Source of the DNA: Octopus vulgaris
Lineage: Eukaryota
Reading direction: 5' to 3'
DNA: 64,000 nt
NCBI GenBank assembly: GCA_951406725.2
Contig: OX597817.1
Location: forward strand, 95,480,001 to 95,544,000
This document shows positions 25,110 through 37,524 of this stretch, one piece after another. The first letter of the stretch is position 1. Each line of letters starts with the position of its first letter. The notes below the pieces were generated by a model. The model was given only the letters and a program-made list of their open reading frames with translations. It was not told where the DNA came from and did no database searches. The position numbers and the translations under genes were made by a program.

Positions 25110-25770
25110 AGTAATTTTTATTAACTTTTATAGCTTTAGAATTTTATGAACTGTACCACGGATTTAATTATTAATTATTATTATTTTTCATCTCCATATG
25201 TGTTAGCCCTTTTTTTTATATAAAAAAAACTATTAGCTAAATATGTATGATATCGGTACTTATTAATATTATATATACACTGTTATATATTTTGTTTTAT
25301 TTTGTTCTGGTTACCTTCCTTTTTGTATAAATGTGTATTATATTATACAAGTGTAGCATTATGATGTATAAGTTTTTATATTTTACTTTTTTATATTTTT
25401 ATATTTATATGTATATGATTATATAATATTTTTCACTATTATAACAAATTTAATTTAATTCTCTGAAGAGGCCGTGGGGCATCTTTGTTAATGCCTCATT
25501 TATACCTGCCTTTATGGCTTTTAGGTTAAATGAGGTATGACTGTCCTCACTGCCGAAACAGCTGTCAGTTTTGATTTATTTGCATATTGTATTTGTAATT
25601 TTTTACTTATATCTCTTTATCTTTTTACTTTTACTATTACTGTATATCTCATTTCATTTTATATATTGCCTTTACTCCTATGTAATGGTGTATTAAAGTA
25701 TGGATTGAGTATCATCGGATAGTTGATGTTTTATTGATTTAAGTATGTTTCTCCATTCTCTAATTTTGTT
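22180..25770 (+). mobile_element. 5'-truncated degenerate Penelope-like element (RT C-terminus, GIY-YIG, long AT-rich 3' region)
   Basis: VANFLDVTFDFNTNLYHVFHKPN..YINALSNYP, RKREILWFAPSFS, TCNCRVSQLC, LYIGG..FKRRH..STSLATYIHNLK; (TA)n on both sides. Confidence 0.85.
25455..25572 (+). ncRNA. Type I hammerhead ribozyme in PLE 3' region
   Basis: CTGAAGA 25463-25469; stem II ggc(c)gtgggg/cctcactgcc; GAAAC 25555; palindromic acagctgt stem III; GTC ending 25566; stem I only 2 bp. Confidence 0.72.
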
Positions 25771-26447
<677 letters not shown>

Positions 26448-26659
26448 TTTGGTGAAATAGAAAGATGAATAATCTTGTTGCAGATTAATCAAAAGTTTAA
26501 CCGATACCTTGGTAGCAAAAATCACAGCAGAAGAAAGCACGGTTGGAGGTACAACCATATGGTGTTGCAACCGTGCGTTGGTGCGGATAATTGAATTTTA
26601 ATATTATTAGTGAATTGAAGAAATGGAGTTGAACGAAGATTGAACAGAAATCCTTTTAT

Positions 26660-26745
26660 TGCATTCTACACGTGTTTCGAAAGCCACAATTTACCAAATT
26701 CCGATTGAATAAGGAGACCATATTGTGTCTTTCTCTTCAGGAAGA
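26660..26745 (-). ncRNA. Type I hammerhead ribozyme, antisense copy in left inverted repeat
   Basis: Reverse complement of the motif at 28284-28369. Confidence 0.78.
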
Positions 26746-28283
26746 AATAGGAATTCCGTTGGCAGAACAAAAACAGAACAGAGGCGCAGCAAAACAAATC
26801 GAACGAGGAGGCTCCTAAGAGCCCATGGCCAAACTGTTTATCAATGTTGAAATTGGGTGGTGGGCGCGTTGAAGATATTTACAGGTCAGGCAGCTGCTTA
26901 TTAAGACCCTATCACCTTTGTCCGGAGGCACAGCTTCGTCCGCTCCCGGTTTAACGCTCAGTAGGAATAATAATAGTAGTAATAATGATATGAGAGCCAG
27001 TACAGTGACTGATAATCTCAGCTCCAACCAGGGATTATATACTAGGCGTATAGATATAAATAAGGGTGATGTCATTAACGATAACAATGGCAGTAGTGAG
27101 GTGAGCGCAACTCGGCTCATTAGGGTAGAGAGTCCCAATAGCAACTCCAGCATCGATTCCGGCAATAGCAGGAACACGGACACTAGCAATTACAGCACTC
27201 TGAGTGATAGTGAAGAATCAGGGGTTATTCCGTTAGTTAATAGTGACTTAGTGGAAAATAAAGTAGTAAGCGGCTGCACTTCTCGCAATCAATATAGTAA
27301 CAGTAACGCAGTTCTAATTTCAGAAACTAATCCTAATAGAATAAGGTTCATGTCAGGGAACTCTAAGATCAGAAATGCCGTTTACCAATGCAAGGTTTAC
27401 ACGGACTCAGATGTCTACTCATATGTCGGGGGCTCATCGTCAAAATTGGCCTTACGAATCTCCAACCATTACGCAACTTTTCGCGACGTGAATAAACACC
27501 AGGCCACGGGACTTAGCAAGCTAATATGGCGATTGAAGAATACGAGCTCAAGCTACAGGCTGGAATGGTCAATTTTGTCGGTGGCCCTCCCATTTGTGTC
27601 TCTGAGCTTTTCCATATATTGTTCGCCAGAGACCGAATGGTAAACGGACTTTTGCAGTCGGCTTTTCGATGCCCCCATTGGCGGCGTTTTACTTATCTTG
27701 CTTATAAATGACGCTTACAAATGATACCTGCACCCGGTTACCCTACTTATATGAAAATAGCCCTAGGAAATAATTTTTTGAAAAAGCTTTTTAAGATAGA
27801 TTTGATTAACCATTGCAAGGGGAATTACTCCCATTAGGCGAATGGTGTTTTGTTTTGACGACGTGAGGTTTTTTTGACAAAGCATGATTAGACGAACACA
27901 CGAACACATAAAATTATTTTCTGCCGCCTGACAGATTTTTCAGCAGTGACCATTGTGCAGTGCTTTTTACCAACTTACGGCCGCGCACATATAGAACAGT
28001 TCACACACACATGTTTCTAAGTAGATTTTGCCTCGTCCCACATAATACACCTAATATTCTTAAAATAGTCAGAACCTTAGTCTCGATCACAAAGAACATC
28101 TACGCACCCCATGCTCTCACCCACCGGATTGACCGCTGCCTGACCTGTAAATATCTTCAACGCGCCCACCACCCGATTTCAACATTGATAAACAGTTTGG
28201 CCATGGGCTCTTAGGAGCCTCCTCGTTCGATTTGTTTTGCTGCGCCTCTGTTCTGTTTTTGTTCTGCCAACGGAATTCCTATT

Positions 28284-28369
28284 TCTTCCTGAAGAGAAAG
28301 ACACAATATGGTCTCCTTATTCAATCGGAATTTGGTAAATTGTGGCTTTCGAAACACGTGTAGAATGCA
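28284..28369 (+). ncRNA. Type I hammerhead ribozyme
   Basis: ttc-CTGAAGA(28289)-GAAAGaCACAAT...ATTGTGgCTTTC-GAAAC-acgt-GTA(28362)-gaa; AATAAA follows immediately. Confidence 0.8.
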
Positions 28370-28420
28370 ATAAAAGGATTTCTGTTCAATCTTCGTTCAA
28401 CTCCATTTCTTCAATTCACT

Positions 28421-28428
<8 letters not shown>

Positions 28429-28478
<50 letters not shown>

Positions 28479-28577
28479 TGTATGTGTGTTGTATATATAT
28501 GTATACATGTATATACATTATATGTATATATATGTATACATTGTGTATGTGTATGTTGTGTGTATATATGTTATATG

Positions 28578-28614
<37 letters not shown>

Positions 28615-28812
28615 TGTATGCATGTATATTGTGTGTATATGTGGTATGTGTATGTATGTGTATGCATACATTGTGTATATGTATATATGTGTTATGAGTA
28701 TATTATATGTATATGTGTGTTGTGTGTGTGTGTGGTGTGTGTGTGTGTGGTGTGTGTGTGTGATGTGTGTGTGATGTGTGTGTGTGGTATGTATATGTAT
28801 GATGTGTATATA

Positions 28813-28889
<77 letters not shown>

Positions 28890-29600
28890 AGTGTGTATGT
28901 ATGGCCCGCACACACGCGTAGACACATGTATGCATGTATATACACACACAAGGACGCGTGCACCCGCACCGTGTGTACGCACACACACAAGCGCATACTC
29001 AATACCAACACACGCAAGACACATATACACGCATGCCACACGGATACATCCAACAGACATGGACACACATGCGAACAAGCACATACACACTAACGCACGC
29101 GCAACACACTAATAGACATTAACCACACACATACACACACACACACACAAACGGGCACACATATACACACACCATCCTACCCCAAAAAATTCTTTAAACA
29201 ACACACATCTATTTACACCACCCTGGAACCAATCAAAAACAGCCCCCCCACACACACAAACACATGTATACATGTATATGCACACACACAAGGACACACA
29301 CACTCACACCAATCTCACCTCCATACAGACACACATATACACCCGCAGCACCATGCCAAATGCCATCCACACACATACATACATACACACACAACACCAA
29401 GACAACCACACACGCGGTTGACAAACGGACACACCATCCTACCAGATCTTACAGACACGCAGACACATCTATTCACACCCCATATGTATGTATGCACGCA
29501 CACACACACACAAAGACACACACACACACAAAGACACACACACACACAAAGACACACACACACACAAAGACACACACACACACAAAGACACACACACTCA
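28429..29600. repeat. Degenerate (TA)/(TG)/(CA) microsatellite field incl. 18-bp unit acaaagacacacacacac
   Basis: Direct reading; the many YI/TH-rich ORFs here are artefacts. Confidence 0.85.
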
Positions 29601-30264
29601 CCCCATCCTGAGCCAAAATCATTGATGCTTGAAGGAGAGACAAAAAAGAAAAAAAAAGGGTACATTCTTTTCAGTTCCACATTTCTCCTCCTAAAACGGA
29701 CAGGTCAGTTTTGGCTTCACCACTATTATAAAGTAAATCTTTTTGAACTCATAATATTCTGTACGTGTATACTGAACTTTTTTAATAATTCCTACTGGAA
29801 ATTATCTTGAGATGTATAATATATTTGTTGTAATCTTTTGTGCCCATTATTTCAAAGAGCTTGTTAAACTTTTTTATATTCTCAACATACTCTTGTCACC
29901 AAAGAATGTATATTTATATGGATTATAGTACTCTGAGTCAACCAATATTCTGTGCATGTTTGAATATACAGATACAATACCAATACCAATATCAATTCCT
30001 TCTGGAAACTATCTTAAGTATGTCCTTGAGAACGATTATTTATGTAGTAATCTTTTGTGCCCAATATTTTAAGGAACTTGTTGAACTTTTTATGTCCTTA
30101 ACATGTCCCTGTTACCAAAGACTGTATATATGTAATGTAGTAATTTGCAACAACCAATAATTAACGCAACCAAACTTCTACATGTTACTTTTAACAATCT
30201 TTTTCCAAAGAGTGAAACCGGTAAAGTAAATAAAAATCTTTTAAATTGCATTTTCAAACCTTTC

Positions 30265-30300
<36 letters not shown>

Positions 30301-30655
30301 TAGTGAGTAGACAAACGAGAAAAGGGCACAACATATTTATTGGGAGTTACAATGGATCAAAACAGTTTGATTGAAACTCTTGGTACTGCGAGTTTGAAGC
30401 GTGTCACTAGTCTCGGCCATTGGAATCTGAATGAGAGTTTGATTGAAGAGAATCAATGTTTATAACTGGACATATGCCAGCGATTGGTCAAGAAAGGTCA
30501 CGCGGTATTGCAGCTTGATGTTGGTATTTCTAGTGACAACAATTATTAGGAAAATACTGCACGGTGAACAGGAAATCGACCGCGTGAGGGATAGGAAATC
30601 AGTCCCGTGGTTTGTGGGGGTAGTAAGAAGGCACGTTATACGTGGAAGTAAATTC

Positions 30656-30716
<61 letters not shown>

Positions 30717-30979
30717 TATACATATACATACATGTATATGTCTATATAGCTGTATGTATGCATCCATACTTATACGAGTGTGTATGTGTGCGTAGATGTA
30801 GATTCACACATCCACGTGCGCGCTCGCACACAGACAGACAGACACACGAAAGCACACACGGACACACACGCATGCACACATATACACATACGCGCACACA
30901 CGTGTGCGCGTGCGTGTATGTGTATGTGCGCGCGCGTGTGTTTTGCGTGCGCATGCGTGTGTGTATGTGTATTATGGCC

Positions 30980-31310
30980 TTAGGACACACCAGTCATATC
31001 AACAAGTTTGTCAATTGTTCGGTGACGGTGTTCCAAGATCACTTCAAGAATTTTCATGATGTTTTCATTCGTTCGGGAAGTCGACGATCGTCCTGAACGA
31101 GGCTGGTCTTCAAGCGAAAAGTGACTACTCCTAAAGCGTAGAAACCACTTGTAAACTTGTGTTTTGCTCTTATCAGCGTCCTGGTAAGGTGTCTGAAGCA
31201 TAACAGCTATTTCAGCCGCCGTTTTTCCTAGCAGAAAACAGAATTTCACGGAGGCACGCTGTTTCTTTGTTTCACCCATCGCAAAAATCGACGAACAGGG
31301 GAGAAGCACC
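30980..31310 (-). mobile_element. mariner transposase N-terminal fragment
   Basis: QRASVKFCFLLGKTAAE..SKTQVYKWF.RF..SLEDQPRSGRSSTS (HTH plus GRP-like linker). Confidence 0.85.
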
Positions 31311-31471
31311 GCAGAACAAAGTTATTAGGTGATCTACAACTCCAGTAGTAGTCTAAAGTAGCTACGAAGAGTGGAACCTCAAGTACAGTATAAAAAATAA
31401 TGGCAGACGAATGAAATCCTTAATACATCTATATAAATCTATACATCCATCCATCCAAACATCCATACATC

Positions 31472-31540
<69 letters not shown>

Positions 31541-31819
31541 ATATATGTATTCGTATATGCACATGTATGTAGGCAAATGGATATGAATGTAAACAGGTAG
31601 ACATACAGACGGATAGGTACATACGTAAAATGAACAGACAAGCACACACACACGCAAATGAAGACTGAAACACATGACCATATACACACACACAAAAACA
31701 CACAAGCATGAATATGCAGAATACAAACATACATACATACAAATATACATACACATACATACATGCATACACACACTTGCATGCATACATACATGTGTAT
31801 GTGTACACACCCTGATCCA

Positions 31820-33061
31820 CAAACAAAAAGAACGCAGCTCGGATAACGGACAGAGTTAACGACTATTGAAAAGATTGCAAGACGCAACGAAAATTTTAGA
31901 AAAATAAATAAGTAAATGTGTGGAAACTTTACCGGTGAGTGTCTTAAATAATAAGGCACTAAAAGAGAATAACTCTCCCCAGACACAACAAAATATGCTT
32001 CAACACACGAACTCACATAAAGAATCTTATAAACCAAACCCCCCAGTAACAAAATGGCTTTTCCGTTTTCGTTTCTGTTGATTTTTACGTCTTCTTGTGG
32101 TGTCCTGTACGTATATATATTTATATATGCATGTATATATACATGCAGATGTCGGTACGTACATATATGTTTGTATGTATGCATATATTTTAGTTATTAC
32201 ACTATTGTCTGACAGCTCTTCGCGTCGGGTTCGTTTGAATTTTCGATTTTTCGAATTCTCACTTCGTTCCGTCTCTTTCCTCCCAGTTTGTTTTTACAGT
32301 TTACTACAATGACGCGAATTTCTCTCCATTTGCTTTGCCTTCCCCTCCCTCTCTCTCTTTCTCTCTCTGCCTCACCCTTCTCTCTAGCCGCTTATCTTCC
32401 TCTATCTGTCTCTCTCTCTCTCTCCCACTCCTCCTCACTTTCGTCACTGCTAATCCTTTCGCCTGTTGCATTCAGGCCCTAAGGTCATGTTTCCCAGCGC
32501 TCGCCAGTTACCTTCTCGTCCCCGCCAGAATAAAGGCCTTCGTTCGTCTTTTTCGTTTGTTCTCTTGTTTATTTTGATTTCTCGTATTGTAATTTAATTC
32601 TCGTTTTGTATTTTCTTGTACATGTATCTTTAATTTTGTATTTTTTTCTTGTATGTATTTTTTTGTGTAGTTCTTTGTTACGTCCCTTTTTGTGTTACAT
32701 TTTTTCTTGCTCGTTTTACCCCTCTACGAGGTTATTTTATTTTAATTCTCTCGTAGGAAGGCCTAGCATGACCAGACGTGTCCTGTCTTGCCTTCGAAAC
32801 ACGCTATGTCTGCTAGCGAAAGCTGATGAAGGGGATTTTTCCTTTTCTGCTGTACATTGTTTTTCCCGTTTTCGTTTCGTCTTGTTCCACGTCTCTGTCC
32901 TTCTGTTGTAACAAAATGGCTTTTCCATTTTCGTTTCTGTTGATTTTTACGTCTTCTTGTGGTGTCCTGTACGTATATATATTTATATATGCATGTATAT
33001 ATACATGTAGATGTCGGTACGTACATATATGTTTGTATGTATGCATATATTTTATTTATTA

Positions 33062-33067
<6 letters not shown>
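31820..33067 (+). mobile_element. Non-coding element with 160-bp terminal direct repeat (pseudo-LTR-like)
   Basis: 32046-32205 nearly identical to 32908-33067; ends at (TA)n; 5' boundary approximate. Confidence 0.65.
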
Positions 33068-33101
<34 letters not shown>

Positions 33102-33236
33102 TAAATTAGAGATAAAAATCACTATTAGGCAAATCAAACAGTGAAAAACATAAACCAAAACATAAAAATAAAAATAAAAATAAATATATATATATACACA
33201 CATATATATATACACATACATACATACATACATACA

Positions 33237-33272
<36 letters not shown>

Positions 33273-33319
33273 TAATACATACATATACATACATAAATAC
33301 ATATATATATATACATACA

Positions 33320-33377
<58 letters not shown>

Positions 33378-33380
33378 TAT

Positions 33381-33660
33381 ATAATTGAAAAAATTGGAGT
33401 CAACAAGGAGTACGGTTGGACATTCATTTTTTTATATATGTAAATATTGTCTCAGTAAATTAAAATTCTCGGCTTCAAGAAATTCCTCTCTGTCTGTCCT
33501 GGCCTGAAGAAACATAACTAGATCTCATAATGTAGGGAAACAGTTGCATAATCAAGTACCTGCACGCCTGGAGAACTACATTGCGTGAAAGCAATTGTAG
33601 TTATTAAAAAATGAATGACCAACCTCACTCTTCTTGTTGACTTCATGTTTTTTCAGTTAT
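33381..33660. mobile_element. ~280-bp element with ~50-bp imperfect terminal inverted repeats
   Basis: ataattgaaaaaattggagtcaacaaggagtacggttggacattcattttt vs reverse complement of 33606-33660. Confidence 0.6.
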
Positions 33661-34190
33661 CTATTCACACACGACAGATGCTCAAACGCAAACCTAGAAT
33701 TACGTATAATATTAGTATTGGATAGCACAAAATAAGTCTGAAGGTAGACGAGCTTTATACTGTACTCTACTACGTTCTTAACAAAGATACCATTCTGCAA
33801 TGAGGTTATCATGGCAGAAGCTTATACTTTTGCCCGCATTTTTAATGAAGGTTTTAATCGTCGGTGTAACCAAACTTAAAACTTCCATATTCACGCCAGA
33901 ATGCCACAAATTTAGATCACCTCAACACTTGCAATATTATATCCAATGTGATGCTTTTCTTTGGCACTTTAAATAAACTTTCATCACTTGGTGTTGAAGG
34001 CCTTTTTCATTCATGATAGATAAAGAATCTATTTTATCTTTTTATCTTTTTACATTTCTGAAAATATTTTGCACAACACATTTTGTTCATTTAAACAACA
34101 TTCCCTACGGAACGAAATAATCGGAGACCAGAAGTAGCAAGAGAAAGAATGAAGCAATACAGGCTTGAGAGGAGAAATACAAAAACAGAC

Positions 34191-34265
<75 letters not shown>

Positions 34266-35029
34266 TGATGAAATCACATAAACAATCAAAGGTTATCAGG
34301 AAGAATTTCGAGAAAGGAACCGAGTATAAAAAAAAAAAACATGGACGAAGAACAGTTGGTTAATTTGGGAAACGTCTCTGCAAGAGTTAGAGAACATTTG
34401 ATACTCTTATGACGTGACGTAAGAACCAAGACACTTTTTATCTTTTCAATAAACTTAATACGTTATCAAGCTCATTGTGATAACATTCATATAAAACAAT
34501 TTCAAATTCAAATTAAAAATAATAAAAAGTAAAAAAATAAAAATATTTATATAAATATAGAAGGTGGAATTTTCGAAGTTCATGCTATTTATTCTAATAA
34601 TGTAAGGTTATTTCATGGTATATCCTATTTTCAAGAAAAACAATGGATGAATAACTAAATGAGGTAGAATTTAAATATGGAAAGGGGAAAGACATAAATA
34701 TATACAATGAGTCACACAAATGAAAGTGCTCATGTCTAGACGCACTTGTACAGTTTGACTACGCTGCATTGATAAAGGGCAACAACCCTGAAACATGTCT
34801 GCAGATGTCTGACCAGTAAGGTGAAGCGGCACCCTCCCCTGTTCGAAGGTTGTAATGGACGCAGGTTCGTGTGTCATATAGCTAGCTAGAGGTGATGGCC
34901 TCTTGGAGCTAATCAGCGACAGCTTTAGTCTTATATTTATGGACTGCCATATTAGTTTGGCGATAACTATTAATATCCAGTAACGCTGCCGTAATCTCCT
35001 TTAGAGATACTTAGTAATTTTAATATTTC

Positions 35030-35080
<51 letters not shown>

Positions 35081-35081
<1 letters not shown>

Positions 35082-36041
35082 CAATTTAGCTAGAGACAAA
35101 ATTCACCTAAGGGATGATATCCGAAGAATTTACTGGTTTATATTACCTATATCAATAACAATGTTATTCCAATAGGTAAATAAAAAATAAACAGTTAATT
35201 AATATACAAATATAAATAAGAAATAAAAAACAAAACAATAAATTGAACAATTATAAATTGAATTCAATTTAAATATTTGATACAAACAAATGACACATCT
35301 CATAAATTGCGGCTGTTTCTGCTTCATTAATAAAACAAAGTTTTTCAAGAATGATCAAATCCGTTTAAATATGTAATGATGCTTCATCAGATAGATATAT
35401 CTGCTTCAATATTTGACGAAAAATATCAATTGAAAATATCTATAACTGCTAAGGCTTTACGAAAACGCTTTATAAGAACGAGCTTAATCATAAATAAGTA
35501 AATAATCTAACTGAAATTTACGTAAATTCCTCAATTTAAATCTATAAATATTCAGTTCTATAATCGATTTTATTGCACAATACACACGTTCATATATACA
35601 TATTTATATATACTAATATATACACACATACACCTATCATTTAAATATACATACATACACACACACGTACGTATACACAATGCATATTCAAATTCACAAG
35701 TTTTGTTTTTCATCTATCTATATATACATATATCTATTTTGTATACACATACAATTCATACGCACATGTATCTATTTATGTTAAAACAATATTTTATATA
35801 TTAATTCAAGTCTCAATATTATGAATCTGACTATTAGAACGCAGGGGAGATAACTATTTTTCTATTTATAGAAACAAAACTTAAAACAAAACTAACTCGA
35901 TACGGTTAACGAAAAACCATTCAAATATATACATGCAACAAAAACAAAGCAATACAATACATGCAACAAAAACAAAGCAATACAATACAAAGTGTCCCAC
36001 GTACTAACAACGAGCCAAAACAACAAATTAAATAAGATAAA
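35081..36041 (-). mobile_element. PLE-type 3' region with decayed hammerhead, abutting (TA)n
   Basis: Minus strand CTGATGA (35390-35384) agc-a-tcatta...taatga-a-gca GAAAC-agcc-gca. Confidence 0.5.
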
Positions 36042-36486
36042 TCTCTCTCTATATAAACGGCAGTTTGTCTGTCTGTGTGTCTGTGTGTCTGTCAGGTTGT
36101 ACCTTTACACACATAGCAAACCGTTTTGTGTATTAAACACAAACCACAGACTGTCTAGGGGACGCAACTCGACCTTTTTAACTCTCGGAACACGTGGGGT
36201 AAGTATCCCAAAATGTATAAAAATGTACAAAAACGGCAAAAGAGCGGGCAGCAATGTGAGTGACAACAACGAAAAAGTCAAAAGTGACCAAACTGAACAA
36301 ACGAATGGAAAAGGTTTTTTGGTGCACACGACAAAAGCGGTTTATAATAAACCAAGAGTTTGCAAGTAGCGTCCGAGGACCCTTAACGTACGTCAAAAAT
36401 TTAAGGTAAAACGTTTGGGGTGGTAGTTATAAAGAAAGTATTCGAAGAAGAAACGTCGTCAAAACTCCAGTGGGGCGGATTTAGCT

Positions 36487-37524
36487 ATGAAACCTGACCA
36501 CGATAAACGGTCTCCTGTTGACGCAGGGTCACCCTTGATTTCTTCCCTGGAGACGTCCAAACCGAAGGGAACAAAATCGAAGCGGCCAAAGAAGGCGAAG
36601 GAACCGGCGGTCGTTCCTGCACATGATCGTTCCTGTGCGGATTCTTCCTCATCTGCCTTTTCGGTCCCGGAGGTTCCCCAACCTAGTTCGAGGAGCGTAG
36701 ACTCAAACCCACCTGAAGACCGTTGTTCTCCCCAAAAGAAGAAACGTAGTCAAAACTCCAGAGGGGCAGATTTGGCTATGAAACCTGATCACGATAAAAT
36801 CTGTTTGGATTCTCCTTCACTTGTCCTTCCCATAAATGCCATTGCTCAACCAATTCTGAACGATCTCGATGTGGGTTCATCTGGGGAGTGGTGCTCCCCC
36901 AAACCGAAGAAGAGGCAGTGCAGTTCCAAACCAGGCGGGAAAATTATGACCACTAAATCCATTCCGATCGACCCCACAGGCCGACATAAGTCCGATGGCT
37001 ATGAAACCACCCTTTCGAAATCCTCCAATGAAGAATCGAATACCGCAGCTCATAGTAGAGAACTTTTTGCCCACTCAAGATCGGCAATAATATATGGCAA
37101 GGCTGAATCCACCTGTGATACAGGCATAAACCGCCTAAAAGATGACATTAATTTTGTTTCCGTTTTGGTTGGAAAATTGTTCTCTGTGAACGAAAATGTC
37201 AGTGTTCTTAAGGTCGCTCGGCTAGGAAGATTCCAAGCGAACCCAACCGCAGATACTAGACCACGCCCAATAAGGGTAATCTTTTCTTCTGATCGGGAGG
37301 CTTCAGTCTTTCTGAACAGAGCTCAGACACATGCCTGGGAGGACCCCAATATGGGTTTTCGCGAGGAATACTCACTAAGAGAGAAAATTCGCCGGAGGAA
37401 CCTGATATCCGAGCTAAAGATGAGGAAACAAATGGGAGAGAAGGGTTTACGAATCCAAGATGGACAGATAATCAAGTCCTACCTCTGGTCCCATGCTGTA
37501 GTGCTGACAGGGAAAGTGATGTGA
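36487..37524 (+). CDS. LINE ORF1 (disordered N-terminus, RRM-like C-terminus)
   Basis: SAIIYGKAES..DDINFV..VARLGR..RPRPIRVIF..ELKMRKQMGEKGLRIQDGQII. Confidence 0.8.
   Translation: MKPDHDKRSPVDAGSPLISSLETSKPKGTKSKRPKKAKEPAVVPAHDRSCADSSSSAFSVPEVPQPSSRSVDSNPPEDRCSPQKKKRSQNSRGADLAMKPDHDKICLDSPSLVLPINAIAQPILNDLDVGSSGEWCSPKPKKRQCSSKPGGKIMTTKSIPIDPTGRHKSDGYETTLSKSSNEESNTAAHSRELFAHSRSAIIYGKAESTCDTGINRLKDDINFVSVLVGKLFSVNENVSVLKVARLGRFQANPTADTRPRPIRVIFSSDREASVFLNRAQTHAWEDPNMGFREEYSLREKIRRRNLISELKMRKQMGEKGLRIQDGQIIKSYLWSHAVVLTGKVM

Larger units (their letters stand above)
26601..28428 (+). mobile_element. Penelope-like element: GIY-YIG fragment between 294-bp inverted pseudo-LTRs
   Basis: 26601-26894 is the reverse complement of 28135-28428 (one mismatch seen); ORF 26918-27643 has NAVYQCKV..YSYVGGSS..LRISNH..ATGLSKLIWRLK..LEWSIL; ends at (TA)n. 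Confidence 0.9.

Noticed and set aside
29500-29600. Regular 18-bp repeats, CRISPR-like spacing
   Set aside because: No unique spacers; eukaryotic minisatellite
30360-30460. Hammerhead-like GAAAC...TTGAAGA arrangement in a (TA)n-flanked element
   Set aside because: Core C missing and stem I cannot be formed convincingly
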